The notes under the pieces: generated by a model | The model's input: the letters and a program-made list of their open reading frames with translations, nothing else | Told to the model about the DNA's origin: nothing | The model's database searches: none | In this document: piece by piece, positions 1-9,806 of the stretch | Layout: every line of letters begins with the position of its first letter | Position numbering within the stretch: the first letter of the stretch is position 1 | Made by a program: the position numbers and the translations under genes | Assembly: GCA_038858525.1 (NCBI GenBank) | Contig: JAWCFL010000009.1 | Location: forward strand, 32,512-64,511 | DNA: 32,000 bases | Source: Candidatus Jordarchaeales archaeon | GTDB taxonomy: Archaea > Asgardarchaeota > Jordiarchaeia > Jordiarchaeales > Freyrarchaeaceae | Direction of reading: 5' to 3'

Positions 1-1
1 A

Positions 2-289
2 TCGTATGAGGGGCTCCTCGAAATCTTCTGGAGAAGTATAGACTTCATGGATGCAGGTGGGCAGTTCGCTGATCGAGGCACGCAGTACCGCACAGCGATA
101 TTCTACATGAACGAGGATCAGAGGATTCGGGCGACAGCCTCTAAGAAAAAGATTGAAAAGGCGTTGAACGCCTCAAACATGGTGGCGACGCTGATACTTA
201 AAGCGTCGAAGTTTTATAAGGCTGAGCGAATCCATCAGCTTACTGCAAGAAAAAAGGTCCAAAATGAGGCCACGCCTGGCTCCGTCTGA
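2..289 (+). pseudogene. msrA: 3' part of peptide methionine sulfoxide reductase MsrA (runs off the left edge); C-terminus looks frameshifted or degenerate
   Basis: Frame 2 from base 2 reads SYEGLLEIFWRSIDFMDAGGQFADRGTQYRTAIFY, matching the MsrA Q-x-x-D-x-G-x-QYR-[ST]-AIF core. The usual FYxAEEYHQxY is FYKAERIHQL, and YCKKKGPK* continues in the -1 frame from 241. Confidence 0.75.
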
Positions 290-338
290 GCTTGTTACGT
301 TGCCGTATACAAACAATTTACTTTTATCCGCCTTAGGA

Positions 339-375
339 CCCCTGGGAGCTTGATACTTTTTAACTCCGTCAGGGG
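339..375. terminator. Possible stem-loop between the convergent msrA and CDF genes
   Basis: CCCCTG-GGAG (339-348) can pair with CTCC-gt-CAGGGG (364-375) around a T-rich loop. Function is inferred from position only. Confidence 0.25.
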
Positions 376-559
376 GCTTCTTTGCAGGTCTGCATCCCTT
401 TCAAGTCAAGAACTAGCCTTTTGGGTGCATCGCTGAAAGTTTAAATGCTACGCTAATAACTGGGCGTAGCAAAATCAGGGCTTGTTGCGTTTCGAAGCGT
501 CTTTCGTTCTTTGAGAAATGCAGGAGGTCTGCCTTTTACCGGGAGTGGAAGCGTATATT

Positions 560-2014
560 CTAATCTTTTTTAGTTTCTTCGGGTTCCAGGTGGACGTTCA
601 CTTCCTCAACGTTCAGTATTCTTTTTCTTACTTCGTTTTCGGCTTCCGCAGCCAGCCTGTGTGCTTCATCTATAGAAGTGGAGCCGTTAAGTATACAGTT
701 GACGTAGATGCTAAGTCTCCCATCCACCTCTCTTACCGTTACTTTACGGCACCTCCCCTCTCCGACCACGGACTCCACGGCCTCTTTAACTTTGAGGCTT
801 GAAGTCTCCCCTGTGATATCTTTGGAGTTAGTGGTTTCTCTTCTAGACGGCTCTATGTGTACATTCACTTCCTTAACTCCTTCGATACATGCCTGTACTT
901 TTTCCTCCAGTTCGTCTGCCACCTTGTGCGCTTCATTGAGGCTCATCCATGATGGGACCTCTAAATGCAGGTCTACGCTAAGCGCTCCATTCAATTTGTG
1001 GACGTGAACGTCGTGAACTTCGAAGCCGCTTGAGAGCGCAATCCCCCTAGTCCTCTCGGCAACGTCTCCCTCAACCTCTGCGGGCTCCACGTGAACCATG
1101 ACGTCCGCCTTTGGCAACATGCTCCGTATTTTGCTTTCAACTTCTGATGCTACCTCATGGGTTTTCGCGAGGGGGCATGACGGATCAACGGTTATTACGA
1201 CATCCACGAAGTATGCTGACCCAGTTGACCTGACCCTAATCCTCCTGCACTCTTTAACCATGCTCACGCTCCAAACAGCGTTCTCTACGAGTTCACGTGC
1301 CCTTGCGGGGGCTCTATCTAAGAGGACGTCTACCGCCCTCCTTCCAAGCCTGAAACCGGTGAGGAATATTATGAGGGAAACGAGGAGCGCGGCGACGGAG
1401 TCAGCGTGGCGCAGCGGGCTTGCGCTGACCATCTTCATCAACGGATAAAGCATGGTGTACTCGAAGTACCTTAAGGGGACGCCTAACCATTTTTCGGAGA
1501 GCCAAACCAGAGCTAAGCCAATGATCACCACCGAGGAGCTCAGCATGTCTGTGCTAAAATGGAGTGCATCAGCCTCTAACGCTTGGCTACTATACTTTCT
1601 AGCTGCTCTGTAGAGGACACGGGAACGCGAGAAGTCAACGAAGATGGAAACAGCCATGACGAAGAAAGCCCACAAGCTTGCCTCAACCATCACTTCGTCC
1701 GAGAGAATTCTGCTAACCGCCTCGTGAATTATCCATCCACAAGCGATGAAGAGAAAGGCTATCTCGACCAGAGCAGAGAGACTTTCGATCTTGCCGTGCC
1801 CATAATGGTGGTCGACGTCAGCAGGCCTACCCGCAGCCCTGACGGCGAAGAACGTGACAGCTGCAGCTGCCAAGTCCAGTCCTGAGTGTAAGGCTTCAGA
1901 GAGCACACCTAAGCTACCTGAAGCCCACCCAACGACAAGCTTCAAGGTGACTAGAAAAACTGCAGCCGCAACGGAGCTAAAAGCAGCAGTCACCGCCCCT
2001 CTTCTCTCTTCCAT
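560..2014 (-). CDS. Cation diffusion facilitator (CDF/FieF family) transporter with three tandem C-terminal dimerisation-type domains
   Basis: Motifs SLGVLSEALHSGLD (TM2), RPAD..HHYGHGKIE and ALEADALHFSTD (TM5), followed by three repeats ending in VxVHxEP. The likely start is ATG 2014 (MEERRG); the ORF track extends to 2074. Confidence 0.92.
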   Translation of the reverse strand: MEERRGAVTAAFSSVAAAVFLVTLKLVVGWASGSLGVLSEALHSGLDLAAAAVTFFAVRAAGRPADVDHHYGHGKIESLSALVEIAFLFIACGWIIHEAVSRILSDEVMVEASLWAFFVMAVSIFVDFSRSRVLYRAARKYSSQALEADALHFSTDMLSSSVVIIGLALVWLSEKWLGVPLRYFEYTMLYPLMKMVSASPLRHADSVAALLVSLIIFLTGFRLGRRAVDVLLDRAPARARELVENAVWSVSMVKECRRIRVRSTGSAYFVDVVITVDPSCPLAKTHEVASEVESKIRSMLPKADVMVHVEPAEVEGDVAERTRGIALSSGFEVHDVHVHKLNGALSVDLHLEVPSWMSLNEAHKVADELEEKVQACIEGVKEVNVHIEPSRRETTNSKDITGETSSLKVKEAVESVVGEGRCRKVTVREVDGRLSIYVNCILNGSTSIDEAHRLAAEAENEVRKRILNVEEVNVHLEPEETKKD

Positions 2015-2323
2015 AAAGAGACCCTTAGTAACACAGAAAAATTCTCCCTTTAAATTTTCCTCGTATATGTGCAACCAGCTGTTCGTCTACTAGGACGCGA
2101 AACACATGTCTCTCGTATTCTAAGGCTTCATAACTTCTATCAATGGATACGTTTTTATACGTGTTTCTCCATTCTTCGCTTGACGTCCATGCTTGATTTA
2201 CTTCGCGGGCGGACGTTAAAGGTTTGATTGTGAATCCTACTTGTAGGAGGAGCTGGGCTCTTAGAGTGGTGTGATGTTGCCCTCGTATTTGATGAGTCCT
2301 CCTAAGGCTTGGTGGTGTCCTTG

Positions 2324-3127
2324 ATGGAGAAGGTGGACTTTTCAGTTCTTGCTGAGAAATATGAGGAGATGGCTTTTGCTCAGAAGACGGCCGCGGAGAT
2401 CCTTCTGAGTCTCATGGACTTGAAGGGGTACGAGGATGTCTTGGATTTAGGGTGTGGCACGGGGATGCTGACTAGGCGGATAAGGGAGATGACCAGTGGG
2501 CGGGTTGTCGGCATCGACCCGTCGCTTGGAATGATAAAGGAAGCCATAGAGAAAAGTAGGGGGTTCAACATAATCTACGAAGTTAAGAGCGCTGAGGAAA
2601 TGGACTACGACGAGGAGTTTGACGTAATCATCTGCAATTCGGTGATGCAGTGGTTTAGGGACCCTGATAAAGCTTTGGAGAACTGCTATAGAGCTCTGAG
2701 GCCGGGTGGGCGTATTGGCGTCCAAGCAACAGCTAAGAAGATTTATTGTCCGAACTTCGTTGAGGCGGTGGAGCGCGTGAGGAAAGACGAGAGAACGAGG
2801 AGTGTTTTTGCCCATTTCAGGGAGCCTTGGTTCTTCCTCGAGTCTGAGGAGGAATACGTCCTCTTTTTCGAGAGACACGGCTTCAAGGTAGTTTTCTCAG
2901 ACATGCGGGCTCTTACAAGCGAGCACACGCCTGATGAGGTCTTCAAAATATTCTCCTCAGGCGCCATGGCGGGCTACCTTAACCAAGACTACTACGACGT
3001 CCCCCTAACAGAGGATTACATATCCGCTTTCAACGAGATCGTGAAGGAAGAATTCAGGAAGCAGGCAGGCAGTGATGGAAAAGTGAAGCTAACGTTCAAC
3101 AGAGTCTTCATAATAGCTGTAAAATAG
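2324..3127 (+). CDS. Class I SAM-dependent methyltransferase (Tam/BioC-like)
   Basis: VLDLGCGTG motif I, VVGIDPS motif II, FDVIICNSVMQW and LRPGGRI. ATG 2324 follows a GGTGGTG RBS; the ORF track start is 2309. Confidence 0.88.
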   Translation: MEKVDFSVLAEKYEEMAFAQKTAAEILLSLMDLKGYEDVLDLGCGTGMLTRRIREMTSGRVVGIDPSLGMIKEAIEKSRGFNIIYEVKSAEEMDYDEEFDVIICNSVMQWFRDPDKALENCYRALRPGGRIGVQATAKKIYCPNFVEAVERVRKDERTRSVFAHFREPWFFLESEEEYVLFFERHGFKVVFSDMRALTSEHTPDEVFKIFSSGAMAGYLNQDYYDVPLTEDYISAFNEIVKEEFRKQAGSDGKVKLTFNRVFIIAVK

Positions 3128-3153
3128 TAGTCTACTTGCTCTTCCCGCCATTT

Positions 3154-3175
3154 TAACGTGTCAGTAACGTGTCAG
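3154..3175 (+). repeat. Perfect 11-bp tandem repeat TAACGTGTCAG x2 upstream of the cimA-ilv promoter
   Basis: Copies read directly at 3154-3164 and 3165-3175. GTGTCAG recurs at 3241-3247. Confidence 0.85.
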
Positions 3176-3190
3176 GTTTTGCGGGAGCAC

Positions 3191-3205
3191 GAAAGACTTA
3201 TAAAT
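3191..3205 (+). promoter_or_regulatory. Archaeal BRE/TATA promoter of the cimA-ilv operon
   Basis: GAAAGAC followed by TTATAAAT, about 45-70 nt upstream of the cimA coding start region. Confidence 0.7.
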
Positions 3206-3253
3206 TATTCTTTCATCTAGTGTTGACAATAGTCTAAAGGGTGTCAGAAGTGA

Positions 3254-4864
3254 GGGAGTGCCAAATCCAGGAGGGTCGAGATCTACGACGCTACGCTCCG
3301 CGAAGGGGCACAGGCATGCGAGGTTGCCTTCTCACTGCAGGACAAGCTGCGCGTGACTCTTAAGCTTGACGAGCTCGGCGTTCCCTTCATAGAAGGGGGT
3401 TGGCCTAGTTCTAATCCAAAAGACAAGGAGTATTTTAAAGCTCTAAGGGATGTTAGTCTATCTTACTCCAAAGTCACGGCTTTCGGTAGTACGAGGAGAA
3501 AGGGGATTCCGGCGTACAAGGATGAGGGGCTCCAATCCATAGTGGAGTCAGATGTCGAGTGGGCAACGATCTTTGGCAAGTCTTGGGATCTGCACGTGAC
3601 GCATGTGCTAGGCGCTTCTCTCGAAGAGAACTTGGAGATGGTCGCGGACTCCATAGAGTATCTTGTGGGGCACGGGTTAAATGTGATATTCGACGCGGAA
3701 CACTTCTACGATGGATTCAAGGCTAACAAGGAGTACGCGTTAAAGGTGATCAAGACTGCCGCTGAAGCCGGTGCGTCCCGCGTGGTGCTCTGCGACACCA
3801 ATGGGGGGACGTTGCCGTGGGAGTTTGTCGAGATAACACGCGAGGTGTTAAGAATGTTTGTCACGCCGCTCGGCGTCCACTGCCACAACGACTCCGGAAT
3901 GGCTGTGGCCAATAGTCTCCTCGCGGTCGTCGAGGGTGTCTTCCAGGTTCAGGGGACGATCAACGGGATAGGTGAGAGGTGCGGTAACGCAGACCTCTGC
4001 CAAGTTATACCATCACTTGAGCTGAAGATGGGAGTGAAGTCGGTGTCGGGCCCGCTTAAAAAGATAAGCGAGGTTTCAAGTTACATCTACGAGTTGACGA
4101 ATCTTAAGCCGAACCCATACCAGCCATATGTTGGCAAGTATGCGTTCGCACATAAGGGCGGCGTCCACATAGACGCGGTGCTTAAGGTTGAGAGGAGCTA
4201 CGAGCACGTTGACCCGGCGTCTGTGGGGAATATGAGGATCATAGCTCTCTCAGAGGTTGCTGGTAGAACAGCCATAGTCGCTAAGGCTAAGGAGCTTGGG
4301 TTCGAGCTTGACAGAAATTCGGAGGAAACATTGCGCCTCCTTAACCGCGTGAAGCAGCTTGAAAGCATGGGTTATCAGCTGGAGAACGCCAACGGGACCT
4401 TCTACATAATGTTGCTGGAGGAGCTCGGGTTAAAGATGGATTGGCTTAAGCTCATATCATGGAAGACGCTTGTTGAGGGGAAGAACGGCGAGGTCGTGTC
4501 GGAGAGCACCGTTAGGGTTAAGGTGGGCGACAGGGTTTTCCATGAGATATCGGAGGGAGATGGACCAGTTCATGCGCAGGACATGGCGATCAGGAAAGCG
4601 CTAGTAGAGTCTTACCCTGAAATCGAAAAGGTGCGCCTCATAAATTACAAGGTTACAACGGTCGACGTTCATCCGGGAATAGATGACAAGACGGGGACTG
4701 GCGCGACGGTCAGAGTATTCATCGAGTTCAGCGATGGGCAAGAGACGTGGGCGACAGTTGGAGTCTCACCCAACATACTGAAAGCCACAAAGGAAGCTCT
4801 CCTAGATGGATACTCTTACTACATACATAGAACTCGCCTCAGCCATTCTCAGAGGAGGGTTTAG
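3254..4864 (+). CDS. cimA: Citramalate synthase (LeuA/CimA family, DRE-TIM metallolyase with LeuA-type regulatory domain); start codon unresolved
   Basis: RVEIYDATLREGAQ lies in frame upstream of the ORF-track start. Other motifs are FIEGGWPSSNPKD, FDAEHFYDG, LCDTNGG, GVHCHNDSGMAVANSL, QGTINGIGERCGNADL, AFAHKGGVH and GDGPVHA. No ATG/GTG/TTG occurs between TGA 3251-3253 and GTG 3353. Confidence 0.85.
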   Translation, partial: GSAKSRRVEIYDATLREGAQACEVAFSLQDKLRVTLKLDELGVPFIEGGWPSSNPKDKEYFKALRDVSLSYSKVTAFGSTRRKGIPAYKDEGLQSIVESDVEWATIFGKSWDLHVTHVLGASLEENLEMVADSIEYLVGHGLNVIFDAEHFYDGFKANKEYALKVIKTAAEAGASRVVLCDTNGGTLPWEFVEITREVLRMFVTPLGVHCHNDSGMAVANSLLAVVEGVFQVQGTINGIGERCGNADLCQVIPSLELKMGVKSVSGPLKKISEVSSYIYELTNLKPNPYQPYVGKYAFAHKGGVHIDAVLKVERSYEHVDPASVGNMRIIALSEVAGRTAIVAKAKELGFELDRNSEETLRLLNRVKQLESMGYQLENANGTFYIMLLEELGLKMDWLKLISWKTLVEGKNGEVVSESTVRVKVGDRVFHEISEGDGPVHAQDMAIRKALVESYPEIEKVRLINYKVTTVDVHPGIDDKTGTGATVRVFIEFSDGQETWATVGVSPNILKATKEALLDGYSYYIHRTRLSHSQRRV

Positions 4865-4866
4865 AA

Positions 4867-6549
4867 GTGAAGATGAGTGGAGCGAAAGCCTTTATAGAAG
4901 CCCTTAAGAGGGAGAACGTTAAGCTGATATTCGGTTTACCTGGAGGAGCAATCCTCCCCGTTTATGACGCTCTATATGATGACGGTGAGATAAGGCATGT
5001 ACTGGCGAGGCATGAGCAGGGAGCGGCTCACATGGCTGATGCCTACGCTAGGGTTAGCGGTAGGGTTGGCGTATGCATGGTGACCTCAGGTCCCGGAGCA
5101 ACGAACACTGTAACTGGGATCGCCGTTGCCCACATGGACAGCTCCCCGATGGTCACCATAACGGGACAGGTCGCAACATCCATGATAGGAAGGGACGCGT
5201 TCCAGGAGGCGGACATCGTCGGAATAACTACTCCGATAACCAAAGAGACCTTTCAGCCAAGAAAAGCCAGAGAGGTCCCACGCATCGTTAAAGCGGCTTT
5301 TTACATAGCCTCTACGGGAAGACCCGGACCAGTGCTCATAGATCTTCCAAGGGACGTCCAGACTGAAGAGTGCGAAATGGAGTTCCCGGAGAAGGTTGAG
5401 CTATTAGGTTACAGGGTTAAAATGGAGCCTGACCCGCTCCAGGTTAGGCGTGCTGTTGAAGCGCTGATGAACGCTGAGAAACCCATAATAATCGCTGGCG
5501 GAGGCGTGATACTCTCAAACGCCAGTCATGAGCTCCGATCCCTCTCAGAGCATCTCATGATTCCAGTTGCAACTACACTTATGGGTAAGGGGGCTATGCC
5601 TGAAAACCACCCTCTTTGCCTTGGAATGATCGGAATGCATGGGAGGTATGAGGCAAACAAGCTCGTCACCGAGGCAGACGTAATCTTAGCTGTTGGGACA
5701 AGGTTTTCTGATAGGTCCACGGGGAAGTTTAGCGAGTTCGCCCAAGATGCCAGAATAATACACGTCGACATAGACCCCGCAGAGATATCGAAGAACGTGC
5801 CAGCCCACATACCAATAATATGCGACGCGAAGATAGGGCTCTCAATGATTCTGGAGGAGGCTAAAAGGAGAATAAAGAAGTCCTCTAACTCGAAGTGGGT
5901 TAAGAGAATAGAGGAAGTTAAGGAGGAGGCGCGTTCAGTGTATGACCTTGAGGGCGACCTCAAGCCGGGGGTCTTAATGAAGATGCTGAGAAAAATGCTG
6001 CCTGAAAACGCAATAGTTACGACGGGTGTTGGCCAGAACCAGATGTGGGCTGCGCTATTCTTTGACGTTTATCATCCTCGAACATTCATAACGTCAGGTG
6101 GCCTGGGAGCTATGGGGTTCGGCTTCCCAGCAGCTGTGGGAGCAAGGGCTGCGGCTCCGGATAGGGTAGTTGTCGATGTAGATGGGGATGGAAGCTTCAT
6201 GATGACCGGCAAAGAGCTTGCCACGTCTGTAGCCGAGGAGCTACCAGTTATAGCGGTTATACTTAACAATGGATGGCTCGGAATGGTTAAGCAGTGGCAG
6301 TGTCTTTTCTACGGGAAGAGGTATATTGCGACGAACTTGAAGGGTAACCCTGACTTCGCTAAGCTTGCCGAGGTTTACGGGGCGCAGGGCTTCACTGTTT
6401 ACTCCTACGATGACTTTGAAAGCGCTATGAGTGAGAGCTTAGGCTGCGAGGTCTCGTCAGTAATAGACGTGAAGATATCCCCCGACGAGAAGGTGTTCCC
6501 CTTTGTGCCTCCAGGAAAAAGCCTGAAGGAGATGATTCTTCATGAGTAG
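4867..6549 (+). CDS. ilvB: Acetolactate synthase large subunit
   Basis: FGLPGGAILP, RHEQGAAHMADAYAR, TSGPGATN, GRPGPVLIDLPRD and the GDGSFMM...LNN ThDP motif. GGAGGG RBS at 4854-4859. Confidence 0.96.
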   Translation: MKMSGAKAFIEALKRENVKLIFGLPGGAILPVYDALYDDGEIRHVLARHEQGAAHMADAYARVSGRVGVCMVTSGPGATNTVTGIAVAHMDSSPMVTITGQVATSMIGRDAFQEADIVGITTPITKETFQPRKAREVPRIVKAAFYIASTGRPGPVLIDLPRDVQTEECEMEFPEKVELLGYRVKMEPDPLQVRRAVEALMNAEKPIIIAGGGVILSNASHELRSLSEHLMIPVATTLMGKGAMPENHPLCLGMIGMHGRYEANKLVTEADVILAVGTRFSDRSTGKFSEFAQDARIIHVDIDPAEISKNVPAHIPIICDAKIGLSMILEEAKRRIKKSSNSKWVKRIEEVKEEARSVYDLEGDLKPGVLMKMLRKMLPENAIVTTGVGQNQMWAALFFDVYHPRTFITSGGLGAMGFGFPAAVGARAAAPDRVVVDVDGDGSFMMTGKELATSVAEELPVIAVILNNGWLGMVKQWQCLFYGKRYIATNLKGNPDFAKLAEVYGAQGFTVYSYDDFESAMSESLGCEVSSVIDVKISPDEKVFPFVPPGKSLKEMILHE

Positions 6550-7066
6550 CAACGGGATGCACGTGATAGTCACGCTTGTCGAGGACAAGCCGGGAGTCCT
6601 CTTCAAGGTTACCAGCTTGATAAGAAGGCGGAACTTCAACATAGCAACTATAACGGTCGGCTCAACAGAGCAAGAGGGAATATCCCGCATGACCTTCACG
6701 ATATACGGGCAGGAAGAGGAGCTGAGGCAAGTGGTCTACCAGCTCGACAAGCTTGTAGAGGTTATAAGCATAGTCTCGATGAAGCCGGAAAATATGGTAA
6801 TCAGAGAGCTTGCGCTCATAAAGATGGTGATGCCGAACAACGGGCTCCAAACCGAGGTCATAGAGAAGATTAACAGATACAGGGGTCACGTGGTAGACAT
6901 GACGCCGAGGACAATCACCGTTGAGCTCGTCGACACGCCTGAAAAAATAGACAGCTTCATAAGAGAGATAGGGAAGATAAATATCGTCGAGATAGCTAGG
7001 ACGGGGATAACAGCAGTTGTTAAGGGCGCCGAGCCAACGATAAAGGAGGTGGGTGTGAATGGCTAA
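6542..7066 (+). CDS. ilvH: Acetolactate synthase small (regulatory, ACT) subunit
   Basis: [29 protein letters not shown] and EIARTGITA. Overlaps the ilvB stop. Confidence 0.93.
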   Translation: MSSNGMHVIVTLVEDKPGVLFKVTSLIRRRNFNIATITVGSTEQEGISRMTFTIYGQEEELRQVVYQLDKLVEVISIVSMKPENMVIRELALIKMVMPNNGLQTEVIEKINRYRGHVVDMTPRTITVELVDTPEKIDSFIREIGKINIVEIARTGITAVVKGAEPTIKEVGVNG

Positions 7067-8045
7067 AATCTTTAAGGACGCGGATGTTGACTCATCAATA
7101 CTTAACGGACGAACAGTAGCGGTGATAGGTTACGGAAGCCAAGGAAGAGCCCAAGCCCTTAACTTGAAGGACAGCGGAGTGAATGTCTTAGTCGGCCTTA
7201 GGAAGGGAAAGTCCTGGGATGCTGCCTCATCAGACGGACTTAGAGTGCTTGAAATAAGCGAAGCCGTCAAAAAAGCCGACGTCATCCTCATGCTCATCCC
7301 AGACATGGTTCAACCCGAAGTTTACGAGGAGCACGTGGCGCCGAACATTAAGAGGGGAGCAGCACTAGGATTCGCCCACGCCTTCAACATATATTACGGC
7401 CTGATAAAGCCGCCTGAGACTGTTGACGTCTTCATGGTTGCCCCCAAGAGTCCGGGCGCTATGGTTAGGGAGCTCTACGTTCAGGGGTTTGGGGCGCCAG
7501 CACTAGTCGCGGTCCACCAAGACTACACAGGAAACGCTATGAAGATAGCCTTGGCAGTAGCCAAGGCGATAGGCGCAACTAGGGCTGGGGTCATAGAGAC
7601 AACTTTCAAGGAAGAGGTCGAAACGGACCTCATAGGTGAGCAGTGCGTTCTTGTCGGGGGACTTATGGAGCTCATAAAGAAAGGTTTCGAGGTTCTCGTG
7701 GAAGAAGGATACCAGCCTGAAGTGGCTTACTTCGAAGTGCTTAACGAGGCGAAGCTCATAATGGACATGATATATAGGGGCGGCATGACCGGCATGCTGA
7801 AGGCGGTTAGCGACACAGCCAAATACGGGGGGCTAACCATTGGCCCAAAGGTGATCGATGACAAGGTCAAGAAGAACATGAAGGAAGCAGCAAAAAGGGT
7901 CAAAAACGGGTCATTTACGGAGGAGTGGGTTAAAGAGTACAAGTCAGGGCAGAAGAAGCTTAAGGAACTGATGGATAAGATGGCAAGCCACCAAATAGAA
8001 GTTGTGGGAAGAACACTGAGAAAGCTGGCTGGAATAGAAAAGTAG
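7059..8045 (+). CDS. ilvC: Ketol-acid reductoisomerase (short, class I)
   Basis: [43 protein letters not shown] and SDTAKYGG. Confidence 0.97.
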   Translation: MAKIFKDADVDSSILNGRTVAVIGYGSQGRAQALNLKDSGVNVLVGLRKGKSWDAASSDGLRVLEISEAVKKADVILMLIPDMVQPEVYEEHVAPNIKRGAALGFAHAFNIYYGLIKPPETVDVFMVAPKSPGAMVRELYVQGFGAPALVAVHQDYTGNAMKIALAVAKAIGATRAGVIETTFKEEVETDLIGEQCVLVGGLMELIKKGFEVLVEEGYQPEVAYFEVLNEAKLIMDMIYRGGMTGMLKAVSDTAKYGGLTIGPKVIDDKVKKNMKEAAKRVKNGSFTEEWVKEYKSGQKKLKELMDKMASHQIEVVGRTLRKLAGIEK

Positions 8046-8085
8046 AACTTCTGTTTTTCCTCTCTATTTTCCTGGAGGTTTTGGT

Positions 8086-9756
8086 TTGAGGAGTGAGGAG
8101 GTTAAGAGGGGAGTTGAGAGGGCGCCTCACAGAGCACTTCTCAAGGCGCTCGGCGTAACAGATGAAGACCTTGACAAACCATTCATAGCAGTGGTTAACA
8201 GTTACAGTGAGATTGTTCCGGGGCACATTCACCTGAAAAGGCTTGCAGACCTCGTCAAGCTGGGTGTGGTGTCGGCTGGAGGCGTGCCCTTCGAGGTTAA
8301 CACTATAGCGATATGCGACGGGATAGCGATGGGGCACGCTGGGATGCATTATTCTCTCCCGTCAAGAGAAGTCATAGCGGACTCTGTCGAGCTCGTAGTT
8401 GAAGCCCACAGATTTGATGGCGTGGTCCTAATAACCAACTGCGACAAGATAACGCCCGGCATGTTAATGGCAGCCGCCAGGATAAATATTCCGTCAATAG
8501 TCTTGACGGGGGGCCCGATGCCGTCTGGAAGCTATAAAGGTCAGAGGATAGGCGTTGCAAGCATGTTCGAGGCTGTCGGCCGCTATAAAAGAGGAGAGCT
8601 CACGCTGGAGGAGCTGAAATCGATGGAAAGCGCCGCTTGTCCAGGGGCTGGTTCCTGTAACGGCTTGTTCACCGCCAACACCATGGCTTGCGTGACTGAA
8701 GCGCTTGGAATGTCCCTTCCAGGGTGCGCTACGGCTCAAGCCTGCTCCGCAAAGAAGGAGCGGATAGCTGTTGAAACAGGCAGGCTGGCGGTTAGAATAG
8801 TGGAGGAGGAAATTAGGCCTAGAGACGTGATGAGTGAAGACGCCTTCAGGAATGCCATAGCGGTTGATGTGGCTCTTGGAGGCTCAACCAACACTGTGCT
8901 CCATCTTCCAGCTATAGCGGCGGAAGCCGGAGTGAAGCTGAGCATCGACGTTTTCGAGGAGGTGAGCAGGTCAACTCCGCAGTTATGCACTATAGTTCCT
9001 GGAGGAAGCCACACGATGGAGGACTTGGAGGAGGCTGGCGGCATACCGGCCGTGCTGTCAGAGCTGAAGAGCCACCTTAACCTTGACGCCAAAGCAGTCT
9101 ACGGCACGCTTAGGGACTCTGCTGCTAGGGCTAGCGTTTTGAGAAGGGACGTGATAAGGCCGGTCAGCAACCCCGTTAGAAGACATGGATCGATAGCTAT
9201 TCTCAAGGGAACTCTCGCACCCGAAGGGAGCGTGATAAAGCTCTCAGGATTAAGGGACGAAAACGTCGTCATGGAGGGGCCAGTCAGGGTTTTCGATGGT
9301 GAGGAACTATGCATGAAAGCCGTAATGAGCGGGGAGATCGATGAAGGCGACATACTGGTTATAAGGTATGAGGGTCCACGTGGCGGACCGGGAATGAGGG
9401 AGATGCTCTCCGTGACCGCCGCGGTATCCGGCATGGGGTTGGGAGAGAAAGTCGCCCTCCTCACTGATGGGCGCTTCTCGGGTGCGACGAGAGGGATAAG
9501 CATAGGGCACATTTCTCCGGAGGCAGCAGAAGGTGGACCAATATCGCTCTTGGAGGATGGCGACATTGTTAGAATAAGCCTTCCAGAGAGGAGGCTCGAC
9601 GTTCTCCTGCCGAGAGAAGAACTGGAGGAAAGGAGGAAAAAGTGGAGTTGGTCTCCTCCCGGACACGCGATGAAAGGCTACCTCAAAAGGTACATGAACT
9701 CTGTTTCATCCGCCAGCTCGGGCGCCATCCTTAGGGCTTGTGTCTCTTCCTTCTAG
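8086..9756 (+). CDS. ilvD: Dihydroxy-acid dehydratase
   Basis: [60 protein letters not shown] and [12 protein letters not shown] start. Confidence 0.97.
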   Translation: MRSEEVKRGVERAPHRALLKALGVTDEDLDKPFIAVVNSYSEIVPGHIHLKRLADLVKLGVVSAGGVPFEVNTIAICDGIAMGHAGMHYSLPSREVIADSVELVVEAHRFDGVVLITNCDKITPGMLMAAARINIPSIVLTGGPMPSGSYKGQRIGVASMFEAVGRYKRGELTLEELKSMESAACPGAGSCNGLFTANTMACVTEALGMSLPGCATAQACSAKKERIAVETGRLAVRIVEEEIRPRDVMSEDAFRNAIAVDVALGGSTNTVLHLPAIAAEAGVKLSIDVFEEVSRSTPQLCTIVPGGSHTMEDLEEAGGIPAVLSELKSHLNLDAKAVYGTLRDSAARASVLRRDVIRPVSNPVRRHGSIAILKGTLAPEGSVIKLSGLRDENVVMEGPVRVFDGEELCMKAVMSGEIDEGDILVIRYEGPRGGPGMREMLSVTAAVSGMGLGEKVALLTDGRFSGATRGISIGHISPEAAEGGPISLLEDGDIVRISLPERRLDVLLPREELEERRKKWSWSPPGHAMKGYLKRYMNSVSSASSGAILRACVSSF

Positions 9757-9759
9757 TGG

Positions 9760-9772
9760 GAAATCTTTATTA
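9760..9772 (+). promoter_or_regulatory. BRE/TATA-like promoter for the toxin-antitoxin pair
   Basis: GAAAT followed by CTTTATTA, about 35 nt upstream of ATG 9807. Confidence 0.5.
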
Positions 9773-9806
9773 CTTTTCCCACCATTTTTACCTGATCGGT
9801 GTTTCC

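Noticed and set aside
3353-3355. ORF-track start for cimA
   Set aside because: It would delete the catalytic DxTLR motif, which is in frame upstream.
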